Assembly: GCA_039030515.1 (NCBI GenBank)
Contig: JBCCEA010000012.1
Location: forward strand, 1 to 64,000
From: Myxococcota bacterium
GTDB taxonomy: Bacteria; Myxococcota_A; Polyangia; Polyangiales; Houyiibacteriaceae
Direction of reading: 5' to 3'
Length of the DNA: 64,000 bases
Position 1 is the first letter of the stretch. Each line of letters starts with the position of its first letter. Positions 9,008-18,481 of this stretch are shown one piece after another. The notes under the pieces are model-generated. The model did no database searches. It saw nothing but the letters and a program-made list of their open reading frames with translations, and was not told where the DNA came from. Position numbers and translations under genes: made by a program.

Positions 9008-11746
9008 TCAATGCGCAGCCCGGGGGAGATGGCTTTCGGTGACACGCTCGAGAACCGAAACGATTCCTAAGCGACCGTCCACCTCGAGCAGATCCCCAGT
9101 CGAAATCTGACGACTAGCGTCTGTGACGTTCACTACAGCGGGCACGCCGTACTCCCGAAGGACCACAGCCGCATGCGATAGAGGACCACCCAGATCGGTA
9201 ACCACGGCGGATGCCACCAAAAAAAGCGGTGACCACCCCACGTCAGCGCATGCAACTACAAGAATCTCACCGGGTACAAACGCCTTCGCATCGCAAACCT
9301 GATGGAGTACGCGCGCTCGACCACGCGCCAATCCCCGACTCGCGGCGAGTCCCCTTAGTACGCTACCGTCAAAAGTAGGTGTGGCGTCAGGCGGTGGAAC
9401 ACCCACAAACGCATCTGGCGGACTGGGCACTGCTCGATTCCGTTCCACATGTCGCTTCCGCTCAGAAACGAGTGAAGCGACAGACGCAACCTCGCCACGC
9501 AACATCGACTTCAGCTCGTCCAGGCTAAGGTAAAACGCAGCGTCCGTTGGCGCTTTAGATTCCGCCTTCTGAATTCGCCTGGACGCATCCAAAGCCACCC
9601 GCCGGAACAATCCCAGAACGTGCACGACATAGTCACGTAAACGCTCTCGAAGACGAGTGAATCGCTGCACAAAGCTGAGCAGATGACGCACAGCCGCTCG
9701 CCCCGGTAGAACGGAGAGCGCTACCAACTCCCGTTCTGCAGACTCTCGACGTTGCCGGAGTTCTCGCTCTACATCGATCGGCTTCCTTTGGATTTCAGGC
9801 CCGACCAGGTGAAGCCTTAGACTCGTAAACAGCAGCGATGGATCTTCGGACCAACGAGGCTCCAGGAGTTCCGCCTCCCTGGGTCCTCGGTGACCGTATG
9901 CTTCGAGAAATCGATCGAGTGCGCGACGGGTGACTCCGAGGGGAAGAGCGTCAATCTGCATTCGATCTATATCTTCCTCTTCCAGGTAACGCCGCACGTC
10001 GGGCTCGGTACGCGCCATCTCAGCGATATGCCACAACGCAACGCCCGGGGCGGCGCTGACAACGTCTGCAAGACCACTGAGAAGATCTTGGAAGAGGACA
10101 TCCGATCGATCTCCCGCCACACCCTGCACTACGGACCGTAAAGCGACGACACTTAAGAGAAGGTTGCCGTAACACGTGAGCATTACAGAACCACTCTCCT
10201 CCAGCAGATGCTCAATATCTCGAAGCACACGTGACAGGGCAGACGGCGAGAGCACCCTGAAGTCTAGCCTGCCGATGCGAGCGTATTCCTCATGGAAGAA
10301 CGACTCAAAACGACCAACCTTGTCGCCGATTCGATAGTTCTCTCGGACAAAACGAGCAAGGGTTAGTGGAAGTCGGGCCACAAACCCAAAGCGACCTCGA
10401 GCATCGCTTTGGAGCTCGAACTCGTCAAACCTTCCACCACCACCCAGTGCGAGCAAAACGTTGGGATTTAGACCCGGAATCTGGGAAGCGATCGAAATGA
10501 ACTCCGAGAGATTGAGGTAAATGCGTCCTCGAAAATTTCCGACCAGTTCCGCATCGCGAGGCACGGAGCAACCCATCGAGCCGAAAGCGCGCCGGAATCC
10601 GAGTTCACTGAACCCGCTCGCCACCGACCAAGTCAACGGAGTGGCAACTCCAGGCAGCGCTTCACCGACGTTGACGTTGGACCACACAAGCCGGCTACGA
10701 TCTACCGTAGGGACTCGCCTTCGCCTCCGCCTCTTTGGGGGGGCAAGCCCGAGGCTGGTAATCGGACGTGCCTGCAACACATAGAGCACTCCATCTGCAA
10801 ATGCCCATTCGATATCACGTGGTCCGTCGAAACATGCTTCGACTCGAAGACCCAGAAGAATCAGTTGCTGAAGCTGTGACTCATCGAGACAAGGTCGATC
10901 CACATCAGCGGCATCCACCGGCCTATCCTCTACCCCAAAACCCGCCGCCATCACGGTTCGAATCAACTTTTCCCCAACGATGCGATCTCGGGGTGCTTTT
11001 GAAGCTTTATCGATCATCCAGACGTCGGGGGAAACGCGTCCATCAACCAATGAGCAGCCCAGTCCGTAGACCGCATTGACCACCATTTCATCCGCATCGC
11101 CGGTCATCGGATTCGCCGTAAAAAGGACTCCGGAAACCTCGGCGGGGACCATCGCCTGAATTAAGGTCCCCATGGCTTGCAGGGAAGCAGACCTTGAGGA
11201 TTCTTCTGCGCAATATGTGCGAAAATAGGACAGGGCCTTGCAGCTGAACAAACTGGACCAGCACTCTTTCAGGGCAGTTTGGAGCTGTTCTTCATTCGTT
11301 ACGTGAAGAATGCTCTGATGAACGCCTGCAGCACTAGAGATCGTCGTATCTTCGAATGAAGAGCTTGAGCGCACCGCCATCGCGCCAGTACCTTCGAGCG
11401 CCAAGCGTCGATACACCTCGGATAGCGACGCTTCTACTTCAGGCGATAGCGATCCACTGAGCAACTTGAGTCGAATTCGTGCGAGCTCTGCGGGATCTTC
11501 TCGCGACCTGAGAAGGGCTGGGAGTTGTTCCTCTGCCGGGAGTATCCTCGAAACGTAGTCACTACAAACGCTTCCCGGGACGGCCCAAGCGGCAGGAACG
11601 GTAAAGCCGGCGCGAACTAAAACGGCTAGATTTCGAGTCTTACCTCCGTAAGACATCGTCCGTTTGGGTGCGATCGTCTCGACGCGCCGAATCAGCCGAG
11701 CCATCGCGTCGCAGCGTAGCAGGTCGTGCGCGATGGGCTTGTTCAC
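9008..11746 (-). CDS. PEP-utilising dikinase-type enzyme with rifampin-phosphotransferase/PigC-like architecture
   Basis: N-terminal ATP-grasp (GGK, AVRSS..ED, SGVLFT, DIEWA, LQARPIT), large central domain, C-terminal swivel phospho-His domain (GGPLSHAAVVLREYGVPAV). Confidence 0.85.
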   Translation of the reverse strand: MNKPIAHDLLRCDAMARLIRRVETIAPKRTMSYGGKTRNLAVLVRAGFTVPAAWAVPGSVCSDYVSRILPAEEQLPALLRSREDPAELARIRLKLLSGSLSPEVEASLSEVYRRLALEGTGAMAVRSSSSFEDTTISSAAGVHQSILHVTNEEQLQTALKECWSSLFSCKALSYFRTYCAEESSRSASLQAMGTLIQAMVPAEVSGVLFTANPMTGDADEMVVNAVYGLGCSLVDGRVSPDVWMIDKASKAPRDRIVGEKLIRTVMAAGFGVEDRPVDAADVDRPCLDESQLQQLILLGLRVEACFDGPRDIEWAFADGVLYVLQARPITSLGLAPPKRRRRRRVPTVDRSRLVWSNVNVGEALPGVATPLTWSVASGFSELGFRRAFGSMGCSVPRDAELVGNFRGRIYLNLSEFISIASQIPGLNPNVLLALGGGGRFDEFELQSDARGRFGFVARLPLTLARFVRENYRIGDKVGRFESFFHEEYARIGRLDFRVLSPSALSRVLRDIEHLLEESGSVMLTCYGNLLLSVVALRSVVQGVAGDRSDVLFQDLLSGLADVVSAAPGVALWHIAEMARTEPDVRRYLEEEDIDRMQIDALPLGVTRRALDRFLEAYGHRGPREAELLEPRWSEDPSLLFTSLRLHLVGPEIQRKPIDVERELRQRRESAERELVALSVLPGRAAVRHLLSFVQRFTRLRERLRDYVVHVLGLFRRVALDASRRIQKAESKAPTDAAFYLSLDELKSMLRGEVASVASLVSERKRHVERNRAVPSPPDAFVGVPPPDATPTFDGSVLRGLAASRGLARGRARVLHQVCDAKAFVPGEILVVACADVGWSPLFLVASAVVTDLGGPLSHAAVVLREYGVPAVVNVTDASRQISTGDLLEVDGRLGIVSVLERVTESHLPRAAH

Positions 11747-11855
11747 GGAGATGGAGATGGAACCTTCTTCTGAAGATCGATTTCAAGATCTCGAGGAGGG
11801 CTGACCATCTTCATTTGACGCCTCGAAGGACGCGTTCGACATCAGCACCTTCGGG

Positions 11856-13325
11856 ATGCGGAAGACTCCGGGACGCCGTGACTTGGTGAAGGTGGAGCGC
11901 TACAACGTCGCCGTGAGTGCGAGTGAGGACGGGTTTCACGATCAGTGTGGGGTATTCGGAGCCTTCGGCACCGGGGAGGCGGCGCATCTCACGTACTTGG
12001 GGCTTCACGCTCTGCAACATCGAGGACAAGAGTCTGCGGGCATTGTGACCGGCGATGGGTCCCAACTCTTTGTGCATCGAGGCCTCGGGCTTGTACAGGA
12101 TGTGTTCGGAAAACAAACGCTCGAACGTCTCCCGGGATCTCAAGGCATCGGACATGTTCGCTATTCGACCACTGGCGGCAGCCATTTAAAAAACGCGCAG
12201 CCCTTTGCTGTCGACTACGCCCACGGGTCGATCGCGCTCTGCCACAACGGAAACCTGGTCAACAGCGCCACGCTTCGACGGGACCTCGAATCCGCCGGCT
12301 CGATCTTTTCTTCCGCGAGCGATACCGAGGTCCTCGTTCATCTGATCGCCCACAGTAAGAAACCATCGTCGGTTGAGCGCATCGCCGACGCTTTAGGCCA
12401 AGTAGAAGGGGCCTACTCGATGCTCTTTCTAACCCCCGAAGAACTGGTGGCTGCTCGAGATCCGCACGGGTTTCGTCCACTTTGTCTGGGGCAGTATGGG
12501 GAGGGTTGGGTGCTCGCTTCAGAGCCTCCCGCCTTTCAGCTCATCGGGGCAGAGTACGTGCGCGACATCGAGCCAGGCGAGATGATCGTCATCAACCGAT
12601 TCGGACTTCGAAGCCTTCGGCCACTCGAAAGAGCGACGCCACGGATGTGTATCTTCGAGTACGTCTACTTTGCACGCCCCGACTCGAGCTTGGGGGGCAT
12701 CAGCGTCTACAAGGCTCGGCAAAATCTGGGTAAGGTGCTCGCCGAAGAAGCAGCCGTCGAAGTAGACGTGGTGATTCCCGTTCCGGATAGCGGAGTAGCG
12801 GCGGCACTTGGCTTTGCCAAGGAGATCGATCGCCCGTTCGAGCTCGGTCTGATTCGTAGTCACTATGTAGGGCGTACGTTCATCGAACCGTCCCAGTCGA
12901 TCAGGCACTTTGGAGTAAAGCTAAAGCTGTTTCCGGTCGAACAGGTGCTCCGCGATAAGCGCGTGGCCGTGATCGACGACTCCATCGTGCGCGGCACAAC
13001 CAGCCGGAAAATCGTTCGGATGATTCGCGACGCGGGTGCGCGTGAGGTGCACCTGCGCATCTCGTCTCCACCAACCCGCTGGCCTTGCTTTTACGGCATA
13101 GACACCCCCACGCGAGAGGAGCTCATCGCTGCACAGCACAGCATCGAGGAGATCGCGAACTACGTCTCTGCAGATAGCCTGGGCTACGTGAGCGTAGAAG
13201 GCCTACGCAAAGCTGTAGGTCTTGAGGGTTATTGCGATGCGTGTTTCAGCGGGGACTATCCCGTCACCCTCACCGACAAGTCTTTCGATCCTCAAAGAAA
13301 ATCACTGCCACTCGTAGGCGTTTAA
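11856..13325 (+). CDS. purF: Amidophosphoribosyltransferase, Fe-S/propeptide type (exact start uncertain)
   Basis: DQCGVFG (nucleophilic Cys after propeptide), [32 protein letters not shown]; Cys in CIFE, PCFYG and YCDAC. Confidence 0.97.
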   Translation: MRKTPGRRDLVKVERYNVAVSASEDGFHDQCGVFGAFGTGEAAHLTYLGLHALQHRGQESAGIVTGDGSQLFVHRGLGLVQDVFGKQTLERLPGSQGIGHVRYSTTGGSHLKNAQPFAVDYAHGSIALCHNGNLVNSATLRRDLESAGSIFSSASDTEVLVHLIAHSKKPSSVERIADALGQVEGAYSMLFLTPEELVAARDPHGFRPLCLGQYGEGWVLASEPPAFQLIGAEYVRDIEPGEMIVINRFGLRSLRPLERATPRMCIFEYVYFARPDSSLGGISVYKARQNLGKVLAEEAAVEVDVVIPVPDSGVAAALGFAKEIDRPFELGLIRSHYVGRTFIEPSQSIRHFGVKLKLFPVEQVLRDKRVAVIDDSIVRGTTSRKIVRMIRDAGAREVHLRISSPPTRWPCFYGIDTPTREELIAAQHSIEEIANYVSADSLGYVSVEGLRKAVGLEGYCDACFSGDYPVTLTDKSFDPQRKSLPLVGV

Positions 13326-13333
13326 ACCTCAAC

Positions 13334-13369
13334 GTCGGTATTCCAATTCCAGTCGGTATTCCGATTCCA
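13334..13369. repeat. 18-bp tandem repeat x2 in a convergent intergenic gap
   Basis: GTCGGTATTCCAATTCCA followed by GTCGGTATTCCGATTCCA (1 mismatch). Confidence 0.85.
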
Positions 13370-13384
13370 ACCGAGGAACCCTGC

Positions 13385-14149
13385 CTAGGCGGCAAGACGC
13401 CGTAGCGCCCCGGCCAATACCGGGACCAGACGCGCTCGATACGTCGAATCCTGAGCAAGGTCCTGACGCACTTCCAACTCGAGGGCCGCACGCTGATATC
13501 GCTGAGCAGCTTGATCTATCGAGTACATCAACCCGGCCTTGCCGCTGTACGGCTCGTTGAGCTCGACGCCGATCCCAGCGTGCTTCAGCGCGTCACCCAG
13601 CTGCAGCGCGGCGGCCTCCTCGCGGTCGTAGAGCACCCCAACCTCGAGTGTCCGCTCTCTGCCCTCAAAAACTGGGGTGAAGGTGTGTACCGAAAACAAG
13701 AGCTTTGCTGAGGACGCCGCCACCATGCAGTCCAGGGCTCGGTGGTAGGGGCGGTAAAGCAGGCGAAGCCTACGCTCCCGCTCAGAGGGGAGGACGTCCC
13801 GATTCAGTTCCACCGGCAATCCATCTGCTTGACCGAGTATCAACGACGGAGAGTCTTCCGGTCGATTGGGATCGATCAGAAGACGTGAGAAACGGGAGAG
13901 TATTGCGCTGCACTTCAGATCTTTTGCAAGCTCCAGCGAGAGATCGCGAGCTCCGATATCGTAGGCGAAGTGGGAGTCGAACAGCCGTCGATCGAGTTCT
14001 GGCCAAGACCATCCCGGGGGCATACGTTGGCTTGCATGCTCGCAACTGATGAACACCGGAGCTTCATCGCCGTAGCAGTGCTGTTCAAATGCGTCGGGAG
14101 CGTCTTCATCTGTAACGATGTGTTCAGCCATGGGCGAGAAAGGTGGCAC
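13385..14149 (-). CDS. N-formylglutamate amidohydrolase family protein
   Basis: CEHAS, H.AYDIGA, SRLLIDPNR, PYH, SVHTFTP, NEPYSG and LEVRQDL motifs. Confidence 0.92.
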   Translation of the reverse strand: MPPFSPMAEHIVTDEDAPDAFEQHCYGDEAPVFISCEHASQRMPPGWSWPELDRRLFDSHFAYDIGARDLSLELAKDLKCSAILSRFSRLLIDPNRPEDSPSLILGQADGLPVELNRDVLPSERERRLRLLYRPYHRALDCMVAASSAKLLFSVHTFTPVFEGRERTLEVGVLYDREEAAALQLGDALKHAGIGVELNEPYSGKAGLMYSIDQAAQRYQRAALELEVRQDLAQDSTYRARLVPVLAGALRRLAA

Positions 14150-14164
14150 CGTTTCCTGCAGGCA

Positions 14165-14677
14165 TCAAACTTCGCTCCGAAGAACCTCCAACATTCCGAG
14201 CGCCTCAATTCGCACCTCTATTTCGGGATTTGAGGACACAAATGCGGTGAGATGACGGATGGCAAGCTGTGACTCGCCCCTGGTAAAATAGGTCGCTCCG
14301 AGCAGATAGTGGGCGTCCGCGTCCTCCTCGGAGATCGTCATCGCTTGCTGACCACATCGAAGCGCCTGATCCAGTTTTCCCATCAGACGAGCGGCATGCC
14401 CACAGCCGATGAGCGCGCCAAGATACCGGGGGGACAGCTCCAGGGCTCGCACATAGGCCTTAAGAGCACGGGGGTATTCTTCCGCCTCGAAGAACGCATT
14501 GCCTAAAAAGAAGCTCGCGTATTCATTTTGATCATCGGCAAGGAGAACCTGATCGAGTACTTCTATTGCCGCTTCGCGCTTCCCCTCTGCGAGCAGCTCC
14601 GCCCCCTCGGAGGCAGCGTCCCATCTTGCATCGTCCTTCACCCTACCCAACATAGACTTCAAACCTCGACAGCGCAC
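14165..14677 (-). CDS. Tetratricopeptide repeat protein (start may be ATG 14653)
   Basis: Repeated TPR consensus (LGNAFF...ALKAYVRALELSP; AHYLLGATYF). Confidence 0.85.
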   Translation of the reverse strand: MRCRGLKSMLGRVKDDARWDAASEGAELLAEGKREAAIEVLDQVLLADDQNEYASFFLGNAFFEAEEYPRALKAYVRALELSPRYLGALIGCGHAARLMGKLDQALRCGQQAMTISEEDADAHYLLGATYFTRGESQLAIRHLTAFVSSNPEIEVRIEALGMLEVLRSEV

Positions 14678-14784
14678 CCCGCTCGGACTGAACGACCGCT
14701 TAACTCGCCGTCAGGGTGATGCGTGCCCGAAGTACTGGGGCGGTCGCGTAGACGTTCGGGGCGATCTGGTGCATCGTCCCCGAA

Positions 14785-15636
14785 ATGACATCAAACCAGC
14801 GGGACATCGAAGTTTCCTATGACGTCTCCAACGACTTCTTCAAACTCTGGCTCGATGAAAGTATGCACTACACCTGTGCCACCTTTCTCTCAGGAGAGGA
14901 GTCGCTAGAGGAAGCTCAGAGGCAAAAATGCATGATTCTGGCGAACTATGCAGAGATCGAAAACGAGTCGCGTGTGCTGGACATCGGCTGTGGTTGGGGC
15001 GCCAATCTAGAGTATCTCGTCACGCGAGGTGTCGGGGAAGTTCACGGCATCACCCTTTCGCCAAAACAGGTGCAGTGGATCGCTCAACGCGACCTGCCTG
15101 GCGTCGAAGTCTGGCTTTGCGACTATAAAGACTTTCAGCCAACCCGACCGTACGATGCGCTCGTCTCTATCGAAATGATCGACCACTTGTGCTCGCCCGA
15201 GCAGTCACATCAAGGCATGGCGGTAGAGCTCTACCGAGAGTACTTCCGGAAGTGTTCCACTTGGGTGCATCCGGGAGCCTGTTTTGGATTCCAAGCCATC
15301 TTGCGCAATCGAGTGCCGAGAACCCGAAACGACCTCGCTGATTTAAAATTCACCGCAGATACGGTGTTCCCAGGTGGACTCAATCCCCGGCTCGAGGAGC
15401 TGGTACAAGCGGTCAATCCATACTGGGAGATCGTTGAAATGCGTACTCAGAGAGAGAGTTACGGCAAGACAACCGCGGAGTGGCTTCGAAGACTACGTGT
15501 GCACGAGACGACGATTCGAGAGCGATGGGGCGATCGGGTATATGAGGATTACGAACGCTATCTCGACACCTGTGTTCGAGCGTTCGCATCACACTGGTCG
15601 AGTGACGTGCAGATGAAGCTTCGTCGGATCGCTTGA
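14785..15636 (+). CDS. SAM-dependent cyclopropane/mycolic-acid-synthase-family methyltransferase, short single-domain type
   Basis: YDVSNDFFKLWLD..MHYTCA, LEEAQ, VLDIGCGWG, GITLS..Q, VFPGG and YGKT...W motifs; 283 aa with no N-terminal lipid-binding domain. Confidence 0.9.
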   Translation: MTSNQRDIEVSYDVSNDFFKLWLDESMHYTCATFLSGEESLEEAQRQKCMILANYAEIENESRVLDIGCGWGANLEYLVTRGVGEVHGITLSPKQVQWIAQRDLPGVEVWLCDYKDFQPTRPYDALVSIEMIDHLCSPEQSHQGMAVELYREYFRKCSTWVHPGACFGFQAILRNRVPRTRNDLADLKFTADTVFPGGLNPRLEELVQAVNPYWEIVEMRTQRESYGKTTAEWLRRLRVHETTIRERWGDRVYEDYERYLDTCVRAFASHWSSDVQMKLRRIA

Positions 15637-15686
15637 ACACCGCCCAGAGTGAATGCGGACATATTGCGTACCGCGAGCGTAAAGCA

Positions 15687-16511
15687 CTACTCGGCAGCGT
15701 CTGCACTGGACACGCGAACCCTTGTATCCATGCGTCGTGCAGCAACCAACTCTTGGCGAGTCACACCCAAATATTTGAGGGTCGGGAAGAAAATTTTCTT
15801 CAGAAAAACGTCGCGATCGACTTCGCTTTCTTCGCGCATCACTTCGATCCGTTTTTGGTAGTCTGGAACGATCCCCACTCCAGGCATACGGAATTGGCGC
15901 GCCACATGCGCGAGGTCCCGCAAAGTTCCGGCGCGGTCTTCTTCTAGATAGGCCCGGGTCACGTCCTTGTAGAAACGAGAATGCTCGCATTCGTCTCGTG
16001 CAGCCAATCGGTAGGCGGTAGCGAGTGCTCGATCTCCATGACGAAGAGCCACCTTTTCGTGACGCACGTAGATCACGAAGGTCGCCATTTCCTGAAGGAC
16101 ACCGTAGATGGTCATCTCCCGCGCAGTGTCGAAGGGGCGAGACCACTCGTGATCCATAAGCCGCTCCAAATAGTCCGACATCTGCTCTTCAGTTCGCTTG
16201 CCTGAGCGAAGCAAGTACTCCGTAAGCACCATCTGGTGCTTGAGCTCCTCGTAGCCCCAGTTGGCTGCAAACCAGCGCTGCGCTGTGGAGCTGGTTCGCA
16301 CGACCTCGATGCCTCCACTCAAGTAGTCAGGCAGGAATCCTTCAACGCCCAGGAAGGTTTCGGCACAGAGGGCCAACGACTCCGGGGCATCCTTGTTCAC
16401 TTCCTCCCAAGGTATATCTCGAATCGGATTCCATCTTCGCTTCTGTTCCGCCTCGTCAAAAAATTTACAAAAATTCCAGTAGAGTTCCGAACGAAAACGA
16501 TCACTCGGCAT
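15687..16511 (-). CDS. Soluble di-iron acyl-ACP desaturase-like protein (ferritin-like, FA_desaturase_2/DesA type)
   Basis: DIPW, E...LP.Y, WGYEELKH, LQEMAT, RDECEH and FRMPG motifs; overlaps the ACP gene end. Confidence 0.85.
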   Translation of the reverse strand: MPSDRFRSELYWNFCKFFDEAEQKRRWNPIRDIPWEEVNKDAPESLALCAETFLGVEGFLPDYLSGGIEVVRTSSTAQRWFAANWGYEELKHQMVLTEYLLRSGKRTEEQMSDYLERLMDHEWSRPFDTAREMTIYGVLQEMATFVIYVRHEKVALRHGDRALATAYRLAARDECEHSRFYKDVTRAYLEEDRAGTLRDLAHVARQFRMPGVGIVPDYQKRIEVMREESEVDRDVFLKKIFFPTLKYLGVTRQELVAARRMDTRVRVSSADAAE

Positions 16512-16815
16512 CGAAGGCCGAGGGGTTCAAAGGCACACGATCCAACGGAGAGGCCCCTAAAGAAAGAGCCATCTGGCTGCGCTGTTCGACGAGATCCAAC
16601 AGCTGACTCACCGTCTCGATACCCACGAGTTGATCATCGGGAATTTGCACTTTAAACCGGCGCTCCATTTCGCCAACGAGTTCTAACATAGCGAGGGAGT
16701 CCACACCGATATTCGCGATAACGCTGTCTTCGTTCACCGTACCCAGTTCGCGTTCAGCGATTTCGGCGGCCATGGAGCGAAAAGTCTGCAGTAGTTGAGC
16801 TCGGTTCATCATCAT
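16501..16815 (-). CDS. Acyl carrier protein
   Basis: GVDSLAMLEL phosphopantetheine Ser motif, followed by E.RF.VQIPD and ETV; likely start at the ATG run (MMMNRAQ) rather than 16896. Confidence 0.9.
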   Translation of the reverse strand: MMMNRAQLLQTFRSMAAEIAERELGTVNEDSVIANIGVDSLAMLELVGEMERRFKVQIPDDQLVGIETVSQLLDLVEQRSQMALSLGASPLDRVPLNPSAFDAE

Positions 16816-16910
16816 TCCTTCTACTGCCGCGGAGCGTATGCGCTCCCTCCCGATAGGTCTAGCCGCCGGCGTGGGAAGTCTCCGAAATTGTCCCATTGAT
16901 GCAGCGTTGG

Positions 16911-17846
16911 CTAGCTCAAACGCCAGTGCGCCTGCACCAGGTCGCGGTAACCTTCGCGAAAGCTTGCGTGCTGAAACTGGTAGCCGGAAGCGACCAGTCT
17001 AGCGTTGCTGCAGCGCTTGTGATTCCTCGATCGAGATTCCCCCTGAGAGGCATCCTCATCGAGCAAGGGTTCATCCACTCCGAGCTCACGGGCGAGGTGA
17101 TGTACAACCTCGGACGATGTCGCCGGTTCGTGATCGACCCCGAGATACATCGAACTCGGTTCGTACAGCCCAAGGACGTGGGCGATCGCACCTGCACAGT
17201 CATCCCGGTGAATTCGGTTGGTGTAGCGAGGATGCAGCGGAACTCGAGCCTCCCCTTTCGCTACTTTTCTGAGTAGGTTCGTCCGCCCCGGGCCGTAAAT
17301 GCCGGCCAGCCGGATCACGGTGGCGGGAAAAGGCCCTGCTTGAGCCGTTTGCTCCGCACGAAGCATGATTTTGCCCCGGAAATGGCGGGGCTCTGTCGGC
17401 GAATTCTCGTCCACCCATTCTCCGTTCTGCTGGCCATAAACCGACGCGCTCGATACAAAGATCAAGCGACGCACCGGTGCTCCGCGAGCATTTAGTTCTG
17501 CGAGCAGATTGGATAGGCCCCGCACGTAGCAGTGTTCGTACGCCTCCTCGACGCTACCGTCCCCAAAACGTTCATGACGATTGCTTCCGTCACGAACGGG
17601 ATCCGCTCGGTCACCGCCAACCTGACTACGCACTCCGGGAGCTGCCGCATACACTACGGAATCGATCAGGGTCGGAAGCTCACGGATGGTCGAGCGGTCG
17701 CTCAGATCGGCCACGATGGGGTGCACTCCCTCCGCCAGCTGCGACGGCGTCCGGCGTAAGCCGTACACTTCGTCGCCTTCTGCGATCAGAAGACGCGCCA
17801 GAGCGTTACCGACGTAACCGCAGCCAGCGATCAATACGGCTGCCAT
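16911..17846 (-). CDS. NAD(P)-dependent epimerase/atypical SDR (YeeZ-like)
   Basis: IAGCGYVG Rossmann motif, SSASVYG, RLAGIYGPGR, TNRIHRDD and KRCSNARL. ATG 17846 preferred (ORF open from 17885). Confidence 0.88.
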   Translation of the reverse strand: MAAVLIAGCGYVGNALARLLIAEGDEVYGLRRTPSQLAEGVHPIVADLSDRSTIRELPTLIDSVVYAAAPGVRSQVGGDRADPVRDGSNRHERFGDGSVEEAYEHCYVRGLSNLLAELNARGAPVRRLIFVSSASVYGQQNGEWVDENSPTEPRHFRGKIMLRAEQTAQAGPFPATVIRLAGIYGPGRTNLLRKVAKGEARVPLHPRYTNRIHRDDCAGAIAHVLGLYEPSSMYLGVDHEPATSSEVVHHLARELGVDEPLLDEDASQGESRSRNHKRCSNARLVASGYQFQHASFREGYRDLVQAHWRLS

Positions 17847-17952
17847 GCCAGCCTCCTGCAACGGATCGCTGCGGTCGTGCTCCAACGTGCAGTTTCATCG
17901 TGCACCTCCGCAACCAAAACCGAGCGAGATTCGATCACTACCTCTCCGATGT

Positions 17953-18363
17953 CTACTCGGAAGACTTGGGCCTGAACTGCAGGGCCAGGGAGTTGATGCA
18001 GTAGCGCAGCCCTGTCGACTCGCCGCCGTCGTTGAATACGTGGCCCAGATGGGCATTACATCGAGCGCAGAGCACCTCGGTGCGGACCATGTTGTGACTG
18101 CGGTCGGTGCGCGTCATGACCACCTCGTCACATGAAGGCCGAGAAAAGCTCGGCCAGCCTGAACCAGAATCAAATTTGGAGTCCGATCGAAAGAGCTCAT
18201 CGTCGCAACATACGCACCGATAGACTCCGACCTCCCGATGGTACGTATACTCTCCAGAAAAGGGTCGTTCGGTGCCACCTTGGCGGGTGACCGCAAACTG
18301 CTCGTCTGTCAGGCGCGCGCGCCATTCTTGTTCCGAGCGGATGATTCGATCTTTCTTCGACAT
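17953..18363 (-). CDS. msrB: Peptide-methionine (R)-S-oxide reductase
   Basis: GTERPF, CxxC x2, KFDSGSGWPSF, HLGHVF and RYCINS motifs. Confidence 0.97.
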   Translation of the reverse strand: MSKKDRIIRSEQEWRARLTDEQFAVTRQGGTERPFSGEYTYHREVGVYRCVCCDDELFRSDSKFDSGSGWPSFSRPSCDEVVMTRTDRSHNMVRTEVLCARCNAHLGHVFNDGGESTGLRYCINSLALQFRPKSSE

Positions 18364-18481
18364 GGGAATTTAGGTTAGGGATATCTGAGCTAGGGATACA
18401 GGCCCCGGGTGCGTTACGGCGATCTATCCGGTTTGGGGCGAGCGTCCACGCAACGCCCGCCGCTCTTCGTCTCCAACGTTC

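Noticed and set aside
9008..11746. Calling this gene ppsA or rifampin-resistance rph
   Set aside because: Domain order excludes PEP synthase, and rifamycin specificity cannot be read from the sequence.
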